From Octopus vulgaris (lineage: Eukaryota): a stretch of 64,000 bases of DNA. Each line of letters starts with the position of its first letter. Positions within the stretch are counted from its first letter, which is position 1. The translations under genes and the position numbers were made by a program. The notes beneath the pieces are model-generated. The model had not been told where the DNA came from. It made no database searches and saw only the letters and a program-made list of their open reading frames with translations. The DNA lies in NCBI GenBank assembly GCA_951406725.2, contig OX597834.1:21886001-21950000 (forward strand), read 5' to 3'. Positions 25,835 through 39,110 of this stretch are shown here, piece after piece.

Positions 25835-26439
25835 ATGCCGTTGATGCCTAAAAGCAGGATCTGCTGCCTAAGAGACTGCAAATTCGAAATCTCATCTTGC
25901 ATTGCTAAATCTAGCATTAAAACTTTTGTCCCTTTCCTTCTCTTTCTCTCTCTTTCTCTCCACCTTGTCTTTTTGTCTTTTTCTTTCTCATGTGCACACT
26001 CACTTACAAAAGCATTTAAACATACATATATCGTTAGGAATTAACAAAATTGTGTGTGTGTGTGTGTGTGTGTGTGTTTGTATAAATGCATTAAGTTCAG
26101 CCCCTCAGTACAAGCCCTCTGTTGCGCCCCTGAGCAAAGCAAGGCACCAAAGATTGTTGCTAGCCCCAGTTTGCTTGATTGAACTAAAAGCTAAGCCCCA
26201 ACCCCCTGGATTCCAGTCCCTATTCCATGGTTGAATGGTTAGGGATCAGAAGGGCATCCAACTGTGAAAAATACAAATAACTGTTTTAACCAGGAGCATC
26301 CTGATCTAACCCCCTTTTTTAGTATGGTGGTGGTGGGTGTGGACAGAGGGGTAAAAGTTTGGGATGGATGTAAAACAACAACAAAAAAAACAAAGAAAGG
26401 AAGAGAATTGATGACTCAGAATGGAGGTATTTTACTTAC

Positions 26440-26484
26440 CATTTTCATAGAGGAACTGAACATGAAAATTGCCAAGGAATTTGT
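26440..26484 (-). CDS. Candidate 45-nt symmetric exon on the minus strand
   Basis: Acceptor tttttttctgccgacAG and consensus donor G|gtaagt. Open as (D)KFLGNFHVQFLYEN or TNSLAIFMFSSSMKM. Confidence 0.3.
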
Positions 26485-26816
26485 CTGTCGGCAGAAAAAA
26501 ATCTTCATGTTAATGATTATTATTCTAGGTGTTTCTAAATATATTGGTGGGTCTTTGGAAAAGAATGTTCCTTGTTTTATTACGATTGCAAATATTAGCC
26601 AATCAGAAAATCAGAATTCACACTCAGTGAGTGGGTCCCTGCAGAGTTGCTCTAACTACTAGAAGTTGCAGCTAAATCTCCTCTCAAATCGCACTCTACT
26701 TTCTACACACACAAATGCATATCATCATCATCGTCATCATTTAATAACCAGTTTCATTCTGGCATGAATTAGACCAGTGGCTCTCAACCATTTTTTTTTT
26801 CACTTATTGACCCCTC

Positions 26817-26856
26817 TGTGAGTGGATTTGGTAGAGGGAAACTGAATCAAGCCTGT

Positions 26857-26911
<55 letters not shown>

Positions 26912-27310
26912 ATGTATTTGTGTGTCTGTGTTTGTCCCCCCACCATAGTTTGACAACTGATGTTGGTGTGTTTACGTCTCCGTAACTTAGCAGTTCAGCA
27001 AAAGATGCTGATAGAATAAGTACTAGGCTTACAAAGAATACGTCCTGGGGTGGATTTGTTTGACTAAAAGCTGTACTCCAGCATGGCCGCAGTCAAATGA
27101 CTGAAACAAGTAAAATAATAAAAGAACAAAAAAATGTGTAAAATACATATGTTGGGCTTCTTTCAGTTTCCCCCTACCAAATCCACTCACGTGGCTTTCG
27201 TTGGCCTGGAACTGCAATAGATAGCACATGCCAAGGTGCCATGCAACAAGACTGAACCTGGAACCATTTGGCTGGGAGGAAAGCTTCTTAGCTACACAGC
27301 TATGCCTGCC
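26817..27310. mobile_element. SINE family A 3' part (+, 26817-27122) and 5' part (-, 27155-27310)
   Basis: Diagnostic tgtgagtggatttggtaga..gaaactgaa and gcatggccgcagtcaaatgactgaaacaag motifs. Confidence 0.8.
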
Positions 27311-27781
27311 CCCATAAAAACAACAACAAAGAAACAAAACATTCAAATGATATTGTTCCAAGCTTAATTAACTTTATTAGAATAAATATAGCTTTTATTT
27401 TTGTTCTTTATTTCTCTTTGTTTCGTTTTCTTCTTTTCCACCCACCCTCCCACCAACACAATCACCTCTTAACAGCATATAGAAAATAGCAGCACTTTAC
27501 TATATAATCCGTCTGTTCCAATATTATCTTCTATGTTAGTTTGTTAGTTTGCTAATAAACTAACTCATGTTTAAATAAAATGGGGGGGGGTGTCTTTGAT
27601 TTATGTTCTTCTCCTCACACACTTAGATAAGAAACACTTGTGAAGAAATACCCAGGAAGGGAAGACTGAAGGAAGGGAGGGAGGAGGAAAGGAAGGAATA
27701 TATATATATACACACACACACATACATATAGGGAATTAATGTATATATATATATATGTATGTATATATGTATGTATATATA

Positions 27782-27812
<31 letters not shown>

Positions 27813-27833
27813 CTATGTATGTACGTATGTATG

Positions 27834-27868
<35 letters not shown>

Positions 27869-27869
27869 G

Positions 27870-27911
<42 letters not shown>

Positions 27912-28053
27912 TATGTATATATATGTATGTATATATATATGTAGGTAGGTAGGTAGGTAGATAGAAAGATAGATAGATTGGTAAATAAGTAAATACATAA
28001 AGATAGGTAAACAAAAACAGATAAAGATACTCAGACAGACAGACAGACAGACA

Positions 28054-28091
<38 letters not shown>

Positions 28092-29161
28092 TGTATACAT
28101 ACATACAGACAGACCGACAGGCAGACATAGCAAAAGATAGATGTAGAGATAAAGATAAATATAGAAAAAGACAGCTAAATGGTAAGAAAGAAAGAAAAGG
28201 ATTGAAATAAGGGAAGAAAGAAAGACAAAAAGAGAATCCTTTTCCAAAATATTTGTTTTAAGAACTGATGATTGGCAAAGCACCAGATATTGGTAATGAA
28301 GCGAGATTCGGTTCTAAATCCAGCCAATACTTTGACGATATTTATAACAGGAGAGATTATTCTGATCTGTTGATTATCAACAAGGATTCACTCAATGGCA
28401 GCCTGTGTTTATTGGATGTGTTCAACAAAGGAATCACCAAAAAAGGAATGAGCAAATGAAGGAGTCACCAGGTGGCTACTCAATATGATAATAAAAGAAG
28501 AAATAGTAGCCAAATCTCCCTTCAAATCAGGTTTTGCGTTTTCGAAATGGAAGGTACATTGAGTAGTCCTCTGCAGCTACTAAATTAGAGATGTGCACAG
28601 GTGGATTAGTTGCTTGTTTCTCTGGGATAGTCAAGTGATGTAGACATCACTGAGAAGACCCCAATATGGCCCGAAAGTTGGATAAGGCATTTCTTTTTCC
28701 TCATTTGTTTAATTGTTTCAGTCATTAGACTGCAGCCATGCTGGAGCATCACCATCAAGAATTTTAATCGAACAAATCAACTGTGGTACTTAATTTTATA
28801 TGCCTGGTGCTTATTTTATCAATCTGTTTTGCCAAACCACTAGGTTATGGGGACGTCAATATACCAACTCTTATTGTCAAATTATGATGGGGTGAAAAAG
28901 TCAGACACAAAGACACACACACACACACACTCATATACATGTGTGTGTGTGTGTGTGTATATATATATACTGTGTTTGAGTATCAAGGCTACCAATTGTT
29001 TCCTGTTAAGAAAGCCAACACTTATCAAGCCCATCTCATGGAACACTATGTTTATCGCCACTTGGATCAATCCTTAGTATGCAAATAAAGAATCTTCATC
29101 AACCAATGCAGTGTTGAGCACTCATTCTCATTGTTCAATATATATGTGTGTGGCTGTGGCG

Positions 29162-29550
29162 AGGTGCAGGAGGGGCTGTGTGGTAAGTAACTGGCTTACC
29201 AACTACATAGTTCTGGTTTCAATCTCACTGCAAGGCACTTTGGGCAAGTGTCTTCTACTATAGCCTCGGGCCAACCAAAACCTTGTGAGTGAATTTGATA
29301 AACGAAAACTGAAAGAAGCCCATCATATATATATGTGTGTGTGTATGTTTGTGTCAGTGTTTGTCCCTCCCACCATCACTTAACAACTGATGTTGGTGTG
29401 TTTACGTCCGCGTAACTTAGCAGTTCGGCAAAAAAGAAGAGACCAATAGAATAAGTACTAGGCTTACAAAGAATAAGTCCTGGAGTGAATTTGTTCGACT
29501 AAAGGTGGTGCTCCAGCATGGCTGCAGTCAAATAACTGAAACAAATAAAA
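29162..29550 (+). mobile_element. SINE family A, full length
   Basis: aggtgcaggaggggctgtgtggtaag ... gcagtcaaataactgaaacaaataaaa. Confidence 0.88.
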
Positions 29551-29581
29551 GGAAAAAGAAAATATATATATATATATAGAT

Positions 29582-29750
29582 AGATCGTTAGCCACTACAC
29601 ACATTTTTTTTCTTTCCTTGTTTTTTCTGTGTACCTTTCTGTAGAAGAGCATAGGCTCGAAACGTAAAAGACTTTTTCTGAGCGTTATACTAATACATCT
29701 GTTTTTTCTGTAGACCACCTGTCTTCGTCTTTTGTTTTTTCGTAAACTTT

Positions 29751-29753
<3 letters not shown>
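29582..29753 (+). mobile_element. Short hammerhead-bearing element, family H2, between (TA)n tracts
   Basis: Contains the hammerhead fold at 29635-29670. Its 3' end (cacctgtcttcgtcttttgttttt..taaactt) recurs inverted at ~6570-6608. Confidence 0.65.
29635..29670 (+). ncRNA. Minimal type I hammerhead motif (core variant CUGUAGA)
   Basis: CTTT-CTGTAGA-A-GAGC(ATAG)GCTC-GAA-ACGT-A-AAAG. Stems I and II and palindromic helix III are intact, with one core substitution. Confidence 0.65.
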
Positions 29754-29792
<39 letters not shown>

Positions 29793-29796
<4 letters not shown>

Positions 29797-30081
29797 GAAA
29801 TGAAGAAAATGCTGACAAAATAATTTAAGTAAGGGAGAGTGTATTTAATTAGGTGAAAGTTCTTTTTACCGGTTGTGCATTTGTTATGCTTATCAAAAGA
29901 TATTTTTTAAGAGAGATAGAGTTCCTTTCTGATAGATAAGAGAAAAAAATCTATCAGAAAGGAACTCTATCTCTCTTAAAAAAAGCATAACAAATGCGCA
30001 ACCGGTAAAAAGAACTTTCACCTAATTAAATACACTCTCCCTTACTTAAATTATTTTGTCAGCATTTTCTTCATTTCCTTT
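29793..30081. repeat. Near-perfect long inverted repeat (arms 29793-29937 and 29949-30081, 11-nt loop)
   Basis: The arms are reverse complements apart from one substitution and a ~12-nt indel. Confidence 0.95.
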
Positions 30082-30631
30082 TTCTATATATCACAACTCG
30101 TGTTCCACATCTCCTTTTTTAAATATATATATATCAAGAGAGAGAGAGAGAGAGAGTAGTTCAGCAAACTAGAAGGATAGATTTAGTTCTACCAGACAAA
30201 ACGCTTAGCATCATTTCTTCACGTACAACAAAAATAAAGAACTGGTGGTGATACTCATTCAACTAGATTTCTTCGAGGTGTTGCCCCACCATGGCCACTG
30301 TCTAATCACTGAATGAAACTAGTAAAAGATAAAAAGATTTGAGAAATGAAGAGAAGGGGTAAAACCAAAGACATCCCTCCCCATATATGCCTTATATGGT
30401 GGCCACCTCCACTGAAAATAGCTCTATTCAATATGGTTATTGTTAATTAAATTGCCAATAATGTAGCTTGCTACTTTTAACTCTATTTACAGTTTTCAAT
30501 TTAATATGGACGCTCAATTTAATGTGTTCAATTTAATTTGATTATATATACATACATACATTCATACATACACTCACACACATATATGCATATATATATA
30601 TACAGAGATAAATATATATATATATACAGAG

Positions 30632-30697
<66 letters not shown>

Positions 30698-31041
30698 ACA
30701 GAGATAAATAAATATACATATACACACACATATATATATGTTCATATATATACATATATATTTATGTATGTATTGTGTTATGTATTAAATATACACTTAA
30801 TTGAAGTATATGTTTAGAAATGTACATATATATGTGGGTGTGTATATTCTCTTTAAATAAATATATGTTATATAATATTTTAATAAACACATTTTTGTAA
30901 TATTTATTGTGCATAATATTAAAATATCTATTTTATATTGCATATAAATTTATATAATTAATAAATTACAATACATGCCTAATTATGTATGTCCATATGT
31001 ATATGTGTATATATATATATATGTGAGCATATATGTATGTG

Positions 31042-31073
<32 letters not shown>

Positions 31074-31574
31074 CGTGTGTGTATATATATAATGCTTCCA
31101 TGTGTATGTGCATGTGTGTGTGAATGCATATATGTGAATAATATATAGATTTATGTATGTACATATGCCTATTAATTATATAACACTATGCAATTTATAA
31201 ACATTAATATATACTACAATAAAGTTTAACACATTGCATTCAGCAGACAGCAATCTGCAATGGTTTATATGTTGATAGTATGCTCATTGTTAATGGTTCG
31301 TTATATATTAATTTTCCCCATTCACTTCTAATGTTCAACAACAACATCTTCATCCACAAGAGCAATATTTCTGCCATGGCCATAAAGGTTTTGCTTAGCA
31401 TTCACACAGAGGTGCAAGCACTTTAAAGGCAGCTAATTTTTTCCTGGTTAATTAGATTGGTGCTAAGCTAATTAGCTCTTTGCATTTGGCATTCAATAAC
31501 AATGTCAAAATAATATGAATAAATTAATATAAAAATGATATCGAATATAATTCTTGTTTTGTTTTGGTTCATTT

Positions 31575-32290
31575 TTAACCCTTTAGCATTTAAACTCTTT
31601 TACTCTTTCAGTCATTTGACTGTGGCCATGCTGGAGCACCGCCTTTAGTCGAGCAAATCGACCCCAGGACTTATTCTTTGTAAGCCCAGTACTTATTCTA
31701 TTGGTCTCTTTTGCCGAACCGCTAAGTGACGGGGACATAAACACACCAGCATCGGTTGTCAAGCAATGCTAGGGGGATAAACACACATACACAAACACAC
31801 ACACATACATATATACGACAGGCTTCTTTCAGTTTCCGTCTACCAAATCCACTCACAAGGCATTGGTCAGCCCGGGGCTATAGCAGAGGACACTTGCCCA
31901 AGGTGCCACGCAGTGGGACTGAACCCGGAACTATGTGGTTGGTTAGCAAGCTACTTACCACACAGCCACTCCTGCACCTGGTCAGATCTGGCCCAAATAT
32001 TTTTTTCTACTCTAGGCACAAGGTTCGAAATTTTGAGGGAGGAGGCGAGTCGATTAGATCGACCTCCGTATGCAACTGGTACTTAATTTATCGATCCCGA
32101 AAGGATGAAAGGCTAAATCGACTCAGAACATAAAGTTAGATGAAATACTTCTAAGCATTTTACTCGGTGTACCAACATTTCTGCCAGCTCACCACCTTAT
32201 GGCCCAAATATTCAACCTGTTTTATGTTCAATTTGGCTGCATCCAGCCTCTCACACCTATCCTACAATGTCATTCTGAATTGTAATCAAT
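31575..32290. mobile_element. TTAA-CCCT-terminated MITE remnant with nested SINE A (31594-31979) and SINE B (32002-32199)
   Basis: Starts ttaaccctttagcatttaaac. Its segments match the reverse complement of ~53600-53705. SINE B is flanked by the 13-bp TSD TGGCCCAAATATT (31989-32001 and 32200-32212). Confidence 0.65.
31594..31979 (-). mobile_element. SINE family A, full length
   Basis: Complete reverse-complement copy. Confidence 0.92.
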
Positions 32291-32599
32291 CTGCAGGCAT
32301 GGCTATGTGGTAAGAAGCTGACTTCTCAACTACATGGTTCCAAGTTCTGTCCCACTGCATGGCATCTTAGCCAAGTGTTTTCTATTATAGTCTCAGATAA
32401 GCCAAAGCTTTTTGAGTAGATTTGGAAGAGGGAAACTGAAAGAAGCCCAAACCCACTCACAAGGCTTTGGTCAGCCCAAGGCTATAACAGAAGACACTTA
32501 CTCAAAGCGCTACACAGTGGAACTGAACCTAGATCCATCTGTTTGGGAAGCAAACAATTGGTTGCTACTTCTAGCACATTGAGTGACCACATAAGGGCT

Positions 32600-33110
32600 T
32601 CTGGTAGTGATGATGGTAGTGTTGGTGGTGGTAGTGGTAGTGGGTTTTGGTGGATGTTGTCGCATCGGTCGTGATGGTGCTGGTGGTAATAATGACGTTG
32701 AGGGTAGTGGTCAAGGTGGTGATGGTGGCAGTGGTGGAGGTGATGGAGTTGGTCATAGTGAATGGTGGTGGAAGGGATGATATTAGCGGTGGCATTGATG
32801 ATGGTGGTGGTGGTGGTGGTGGTCATCATGGTGAAGGTAGTGGTGTTGGTGGTAGTGTTACTGGTGGTGATGGTGGTAATAATGACGTTGACGGTAGTGG
32901 TCAAGGTGGTGATGGTGACTGGTGGAGGTGATGGTGTTGGTCATAGTGAATGGTGGTGGAAGGGATGATATTAGCGGTGGCATTGATGATGGTGGTAGTG
33001 GTGGTGGTGGTGGTGGTGGTGGTTGTGCTGGTGGCGTTCCTCATGGTGAAGGTAGTGGTGTTGGTGATAGTGTTACTGGTGGTGATGGTGATGTTGGTGT
33101 TAATGTTGGT
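32600..33110. repeat. GGT-rich low-complexity region with a ~190-bp tandem duplication
   Basis: ggtaataatgacgttg occurs at 32685 and 32875. gtcatagtgaatggtggtggaagggatgatattagcggtggcattgatgatgg occurs twice. Confidence 0.85.
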
Positions 33111-33664
33111 GACACTCTTCCTGGTCATGGTTATGATTTTTAGAACAATTTTCTGGCGGGGGGGGAGGGTCCATTTCTTTTTTTAATTTACTTACTAATT
33201 GCTTTCCCCTTTCTTTCTCCGTCCAGTGTTAATAACCCAATTTTTATGTACTTTTAATCAGAAAAATCATCACCACTAGATTTTCTTTTTCTTTTATTTT
33301 TGGCTTTTGGCTCCAAGTGGCTTCCAAGATAAATAAAAGATTAAATAAAGGTTAATATAATTACCAATAATTAAGTATAGAAAAACAAACCGGGGAGTCT
33401 CTGCTTCCTAGTGTGAATTCAGCACTTCCCTTGGGATATTAGGGTGCTATTAGTTGCCATAATTAAGGGGCTATAAAATATTCATCTATATGATTCATGG
33501 GGATTTTGCTTTGTAGAGATTTGTGTAGAATATTAGAATATGGTAGGATTTCTGCGAAATGGAGAGTAATGCATAAATTTATGGGGTTGGGGAGAGGACT
33601 GAAAAGTTATTTTGTTCAAAATTACAATTATTGGTTTGAAAATATCATTATTATTATTATTATT

Positions 33665-34059
33665 AGGAGTGGCTGTGTGGTAAGTAGCTTGCTTACCGAC
33701 CACATGGTTCAGGGTTCAGTCCCACTACGTGGCATCTTGGGCAAGTGTCTTCTACTATAGCCTTGGGCCGACCAAAGCCTTGTGAGTGGATTTGATAGAC
33801 GGAAACTGAAAGAAGCCCGTCGTATATATGTATATATATATGTATGTGTTTGTGTGTCTGTGTTTGTCCTCCCAACATCGCTTGACAACCGATGCTGGTG
33901 TGTTTACGTCCCCATCACTTAGCGGTTCGGCAAAAGAGACTGATAGAATAGGTACTAGGCTTACAAAGAATAAGTCCTGGGGTCGATTTGCTCGACTAAA
34001 GGTGGTGCTCCAACATGGCCACAGTCAAATGACTGAAACAAGTAAAAGAGTAAAGAGTA
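33665..34059 (+). mobile_element. SINE family A, near full length
   Basis: aggagtggctgtgtggtaag ... gactgaaacaagtaaaagagtaaagag. Confidence 0.92.
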
Positions 34060-34061
34060 TT

Positions 34062-34430
34062 ATTCATCTGTCTTTACGTTCTGACTTAAAATTCTGCCAG
34101 GGTCAGCTTTGCCTTTCGTCCTTTCAGGGTTGATAAATTAAGTACCAGCTCCTTACTGGGGTCGATCTAATTGACTGACCCCCTCCCCTAAAATTTCAGG
34201 CCTTGTGACTATAACAGAAAGGATTATTATTATTATTAAGGTGGTGAGCTGGCAGAATCGTTAGTATGCTGGACGAAACGCTTAGCGGTATTTCACCCAT
34301 TGCTATGTTCTGAGATCAAATTCCACTGAGGTCGAATGTACCAGTCATACACTGGAGTCAATGTAATCGACTCATCCCCTCCCTCACAATTATTATCCTT
34401 GTGACAAAATTTGAAACCATTATTATTATT
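34062..34430 (+). mobile_element. Two tandem SINE family B copies (tail type 2, ending in (att)n)
   Basis: tttgcctttcgtcctttcagggttgataaattaagtaccag...aaaatttcaggccttgtg...gaaaggattattatt, then aaggtggtgagctggcagaatcgttag. Confidence 0.8.
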
Positions 34431-34571
34431 AAATTCAGAAGGAGAAGAAAAAAATAATATATATACACACATGCATACATATATGTATATACACACACAC
34501 ACACACATATATATATACATATATATATGTACATACATATTTATGCATGTATACACATATATACATGCATG

Positions 34572-34614
<43 letters not shown>

Positions 34615-35387
34615 TGCAAAAAGAAAAGAAATAAAGGTACTTTTGATTTGTATGTAATTTCTCTCTCTGTCACATACACACATGTATATGTGTGTGTGTG
34701 TGTGTATACACACACACGTGTGTGAGAGAGAAAGAAAGAGACAAATTACATACAAATCAGAAGTAGCTTTATTTCATTTCTTTTTGCCTTCTTGAAAGGA
34801 GAACAAAAAACTCTAATAGACAAACCAATACAGAAAAATATAAAACATTCTTTAAAAATTCCCTATTTTTTTTTGTTTTGTTTTGTTGCATTTGTCTTTT
34901 TATTTATTCATTTATTCCATTGTTTTATTTATTATTATTATTTATTTTTTTCTTGTAACCTTGCCAAAATGTAAGAGAAAGTAGAATGCGTGAGGAAATA
35001 AAAATGTAATCTATATAACATTTGCATTAAATTTATTGGGAATTTGGCTGTGACAAGTTGCAATGCATTTCGCTGTAAAACAGCTCCCTGGAGGCATGCA
35101 CTGGAATTAAGCAGGTGTTGGAGAAGTCTTTTTGAATGCTGGAACGGTAGAATTATAAAAAACAAAAACAAAACACAAGCCACCTGTATGTCTTGAAGCA
35201 TGTCAAAATCCTGTTGATTTTTGTAGGTCGAAGATTATAGACATGTGGCATAGGGGTGTGTGTGTGTTTGTGTTCATGTGTGTTCATGTATTCATGTAGC
35301 TTTGTGTTTGTGTGGAGATATATAGACACACACACATATGCAGTCATATATACATGAGTCCGTATGTATGTGTGTGTGTGTGTGTGT

Positions 35388-35593
35388 GTGACCTCGTGTG
35401 TACCGTTGGCGATTTTTTTTTTCTTCTGTCTTCCCTTCTCTGGATCTTTCCTTCTCCTATGTTTCCGACGAAGAGCTCCGCTCGAAACGTTAAACCCTCC
35501 TTCTTCCCTTCTTTCCTGAGCATCCAATAATACTATATTTGTTCCACGTCCTCGCATTGTTGTGTTTTTTTGTGCTTTCTTGTTTGGATTAAC
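35388..35593 (+). mobile_element. Short hammerhead-bearing element, family H1 copy 2
   Basis: Homologous to 13735-13925; lies between (TG)n and (TA)n. Confidence 0.7.
35461..35495 (+). ncRNA. Minimal type I hammerhead motif (core variant CCGACGA)
   Basis: GTTT-CCGACGA-A-GAGC(TCC)GCTC-GAA-ACGT-T-AAAC. Confidence 0.65.
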
Positions 35594-36312
35594 TATATAT
35601 ATATATACACTTGTATATCCAGTGTGTGTACTTATACATGTGGGTTTGTGCTTGTGTGTAGATATATAGACATACACACATAACAGTCACGCACATATAT
35701 ATATATATATATATACATACACTCATATTTCCAGTAGCAAGAACATTTCCACTGTATGATGACACCAGGTGGCCAATAACTGTGGATAAGCTTTGCATAG
35801 CATTCTACAAGCTTTTTGACCTGAATCTTATTCAACTACAACTATATATACATAATATATACACACACATGCATGCATATATGCATGTGTTGCCACATGT
35901 GTAAAAATGTATATACACACACATACCTATACGTGTAAGTGTATACGCATATTTATGTATATGTATGCATGTATTTATGTACACATTTATATATATATAT
36001 GTGTGTGTGTGTATATACATATGCACATGTAGGTATATGTCAGTTTGTGTACTGTGACATCCCTGTGGGAGCGCAGCTGCATTTCCCCCCACGCCCCACC
36101 CCAACACCGCCTCCCCCATTTTTTCTCACCCCCACACACCCACCCGACCCCACCCCTGCCTTAATCCCTCTTTCATTTCATTCTAATTCTTACTTTCATC
36201 GCTTTCTTTCATCATATCACTCCTCTTCATCGCCACACTAAACACACATGCACATACATATACATACATGCACATTCACACATACACACATACATACATA
36301 AATAGATACATG

Positions 36313-36358
<46 letters not shown>

Positions 36359-36509
36359 ATATCACTCTATTGAATATCACCTTTGGTGTCTTTTTATTAG
36401 GTTTTCAATTTATTTAATATGATTATATTTTCATTCATGCTTCACTTAATTTCTTAATCTCTTTCTTTTTCTCCGTTCTTCTATTTCTCTCTTATTTCTG
36501 ATTCTCTCA

Positions 36510-36583
36510 CTCTTTCTGTCTCTCTCTCTCTTTCTTAGTCTATCACTTTCTCACTTCTTTTGTGTCACTTTTTTTGTCAGTTT

Positions 36584-36635
<52 letters not shown>

Positions 36636-36905
36636 ATTCACAGTTACAAACTTTACTTTGTTTGCCATCTTCCATAATTTCTTACTTCTTTCTCACCATT
36701 TCTTTATCTCTCTCTCTCTCTCTCTTTCACTATCTGTCTGTTTATCTGCATATCTATCTATCTATCTCTCTATCTATCAATCTATCTATCTACCTTCCTA
36801 TCTATCTATTTATTCATATATCTGATTCTCTCTCTCTCTCTCTCTCCATTTATCTATATGCTTATATTTCTGTCTATCACTCTCTGTTTATCTATCTATC
36901 CATCT

Positions 36906-36981
<76 letters not shown>

Positions 36982-37050
36982 GTCTAACGTCCTCTCTGTC
37001 TATCTAGCTTTCTATCTATATATCTTTCTCTCTATACCTCCCACTCTCTG
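36510..37050. repeat. (TC)n/(TCTA)n pyrimidine-rich compound microsatellite
   Basis: Read directly from the sequence. Confidence 0.9.
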
Positions 37051-37527
37051 TCATATGTAAATAATTTTATTAACATTGATGTATACATCTTGTATATATG
37101 TACGTATGTTAACACACACACAGATGTATATGTGGGTTGTTCACCTTGCATTTGCATCAATCTTTGCATTTAAATTGCACCATTACTTGGTGCACAATGA
37201 CTGCGTTAAATAGGATTGCATAATTAAATAAAATCACAGAACCCATTAAATGAATTTTAGTGGGGAAATATTCACACCATGGGCCTTAAAGAATTTTTCA
37301 AAATATTATATTGGTCCCCACCCCTTATACATAGATTGATAGATTGACTGATATATAGATGGATCGATAGATAGATTGATTGATTGATTGTTATATAGAT
37401 AGATTGATTGATATATTGATATAAAGATAGATTGATTGATAGATAGATAGAGGGATAGATAGATTAACTGATAGATAGATAGATTGAGTTGATAGATTGA
37501 CTGATATATAGATAGACTGATTGACTG

Positions 37528-37558
<31 letters not shown>

Positions 37559-37757
37559 TATATAATGATTGATATATAGATAGATAGATAGATAGATGGA
37601 TATGTGCATGCATATATCTGTGTGCATTTGTTTACAGAGAGAGGAAAAGAAAGCTATTTACAAAGATATAATGATGTATATATAATTCATATATATGCAT
37701 ACATACATACATACATATATATATATAGAGAGAGAGATGCATATATCTACAAATATA

Positions 37758-37818
<61 letters not shown>

Positions 37819-37840
37819 GGATATATGCATACACTTATTG

Positions 37841-37875
<35 letters not shown>

Positions 37876-38386
37876 CAATAGAAGTAATTAATATAAAATA
37901 TTTATATCTGGGAATTGAGATATCAAAGCAAAAACTCCATCAAAAATACACACACACACACAGACACAGACACATTACATATATATATATATATATATAT
38001 ATACTCACACACATGCACTCACACATATATATATACACACAAACACATCACACACATATATACACACAAACATATGCACACACATACGCACACACTCAGT
38101 ATACACACATGTACGTATATTTAAATGTTGATAAAATTTAAAGCTTTTTAACTATCAATAAACTCGTAATTCCTGCTATCCCTGAGACATTCAAATAACC
38201 ATTACTGTAAATGGCGTTTGGCAAAAACCGAAATCTTCCATTGTTTGGCATCTGTATTAGTCATCCTCTCTAACTTCCATACAGTAGATGGATTCTTTTA
38301 GCATTAACTGCCGTACTTACAATTGATTTTCTCCAAAACAAACTAGTTTAATTCGCCAGAATAATGCATGGACCTGTTGCACAGCC

Positions 38387-38400
38387 ATTATTATTATTAC

Positions 38401-38445
<45 letters not shown>

Positions 38446-38598
38446 CATCATTATTATTATTATTATTATTATTGTTATTATTATTATTATTATTATTATC
38501 ATCATTATTATTATTATTATTATTATTGTTATTATTATCATTATTATTATTACTATTATTATTATTATTATTATCATCATTACTAGAATTGTTATTAT
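38387..38598. repeat. (ATT)n microsatellite
   Basis: ~210 bp of att with occasional atc/gtt. Confidence 0.95.
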
Positions 38599-39110
38599 GA
38601 TGGTTCTTATTTTTATTGGGTACTTCTTGCTATGCAACTGAGCATAGCTCTGTGTGCCTACGATATATGTATGCATTGCTTCTTTTGATTTGGTTTGGCA
38701 TATGTGTTTCATCATCATCATCATCATCATTGTTATTTATTTTTTTATTTCATTTTTAAGTTTCTTTATTTGAATTTGTGTGTTGAAACAAATTTTGTTG
38801 TGTCTCGGGAGGGTCATTACACCAATAATGATAATGATAACACACACACACACACGAACAGGTTCAGTTCCACTTCTTTGTTATTGGTCAGTTGGTTAAA
38901 TATCTAGCCAACAAGCTAATTAATCATTTGTTTAATGTGCTGGTAAAACAATCAATCAGTCAGAGTTCTTTTTGCCACTGTTTGCAATCTTTGCAACGAC
39001 CTAGCGACCTCCCCTCTCACCCCACCAGGTCTGCAAATTCCATCGAACCCATGCAAGCATGGGAAAATGAATGTTAAAAATGATGATGATGAACCCAGCA
39101 AACAAACCAT

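Noticed and set aside
28268-28459. 63-aa complex ORF MIGKAPDIGNEARF..
   Set aside because: No good splice acceptor or recognisable motif; the length is within chance.
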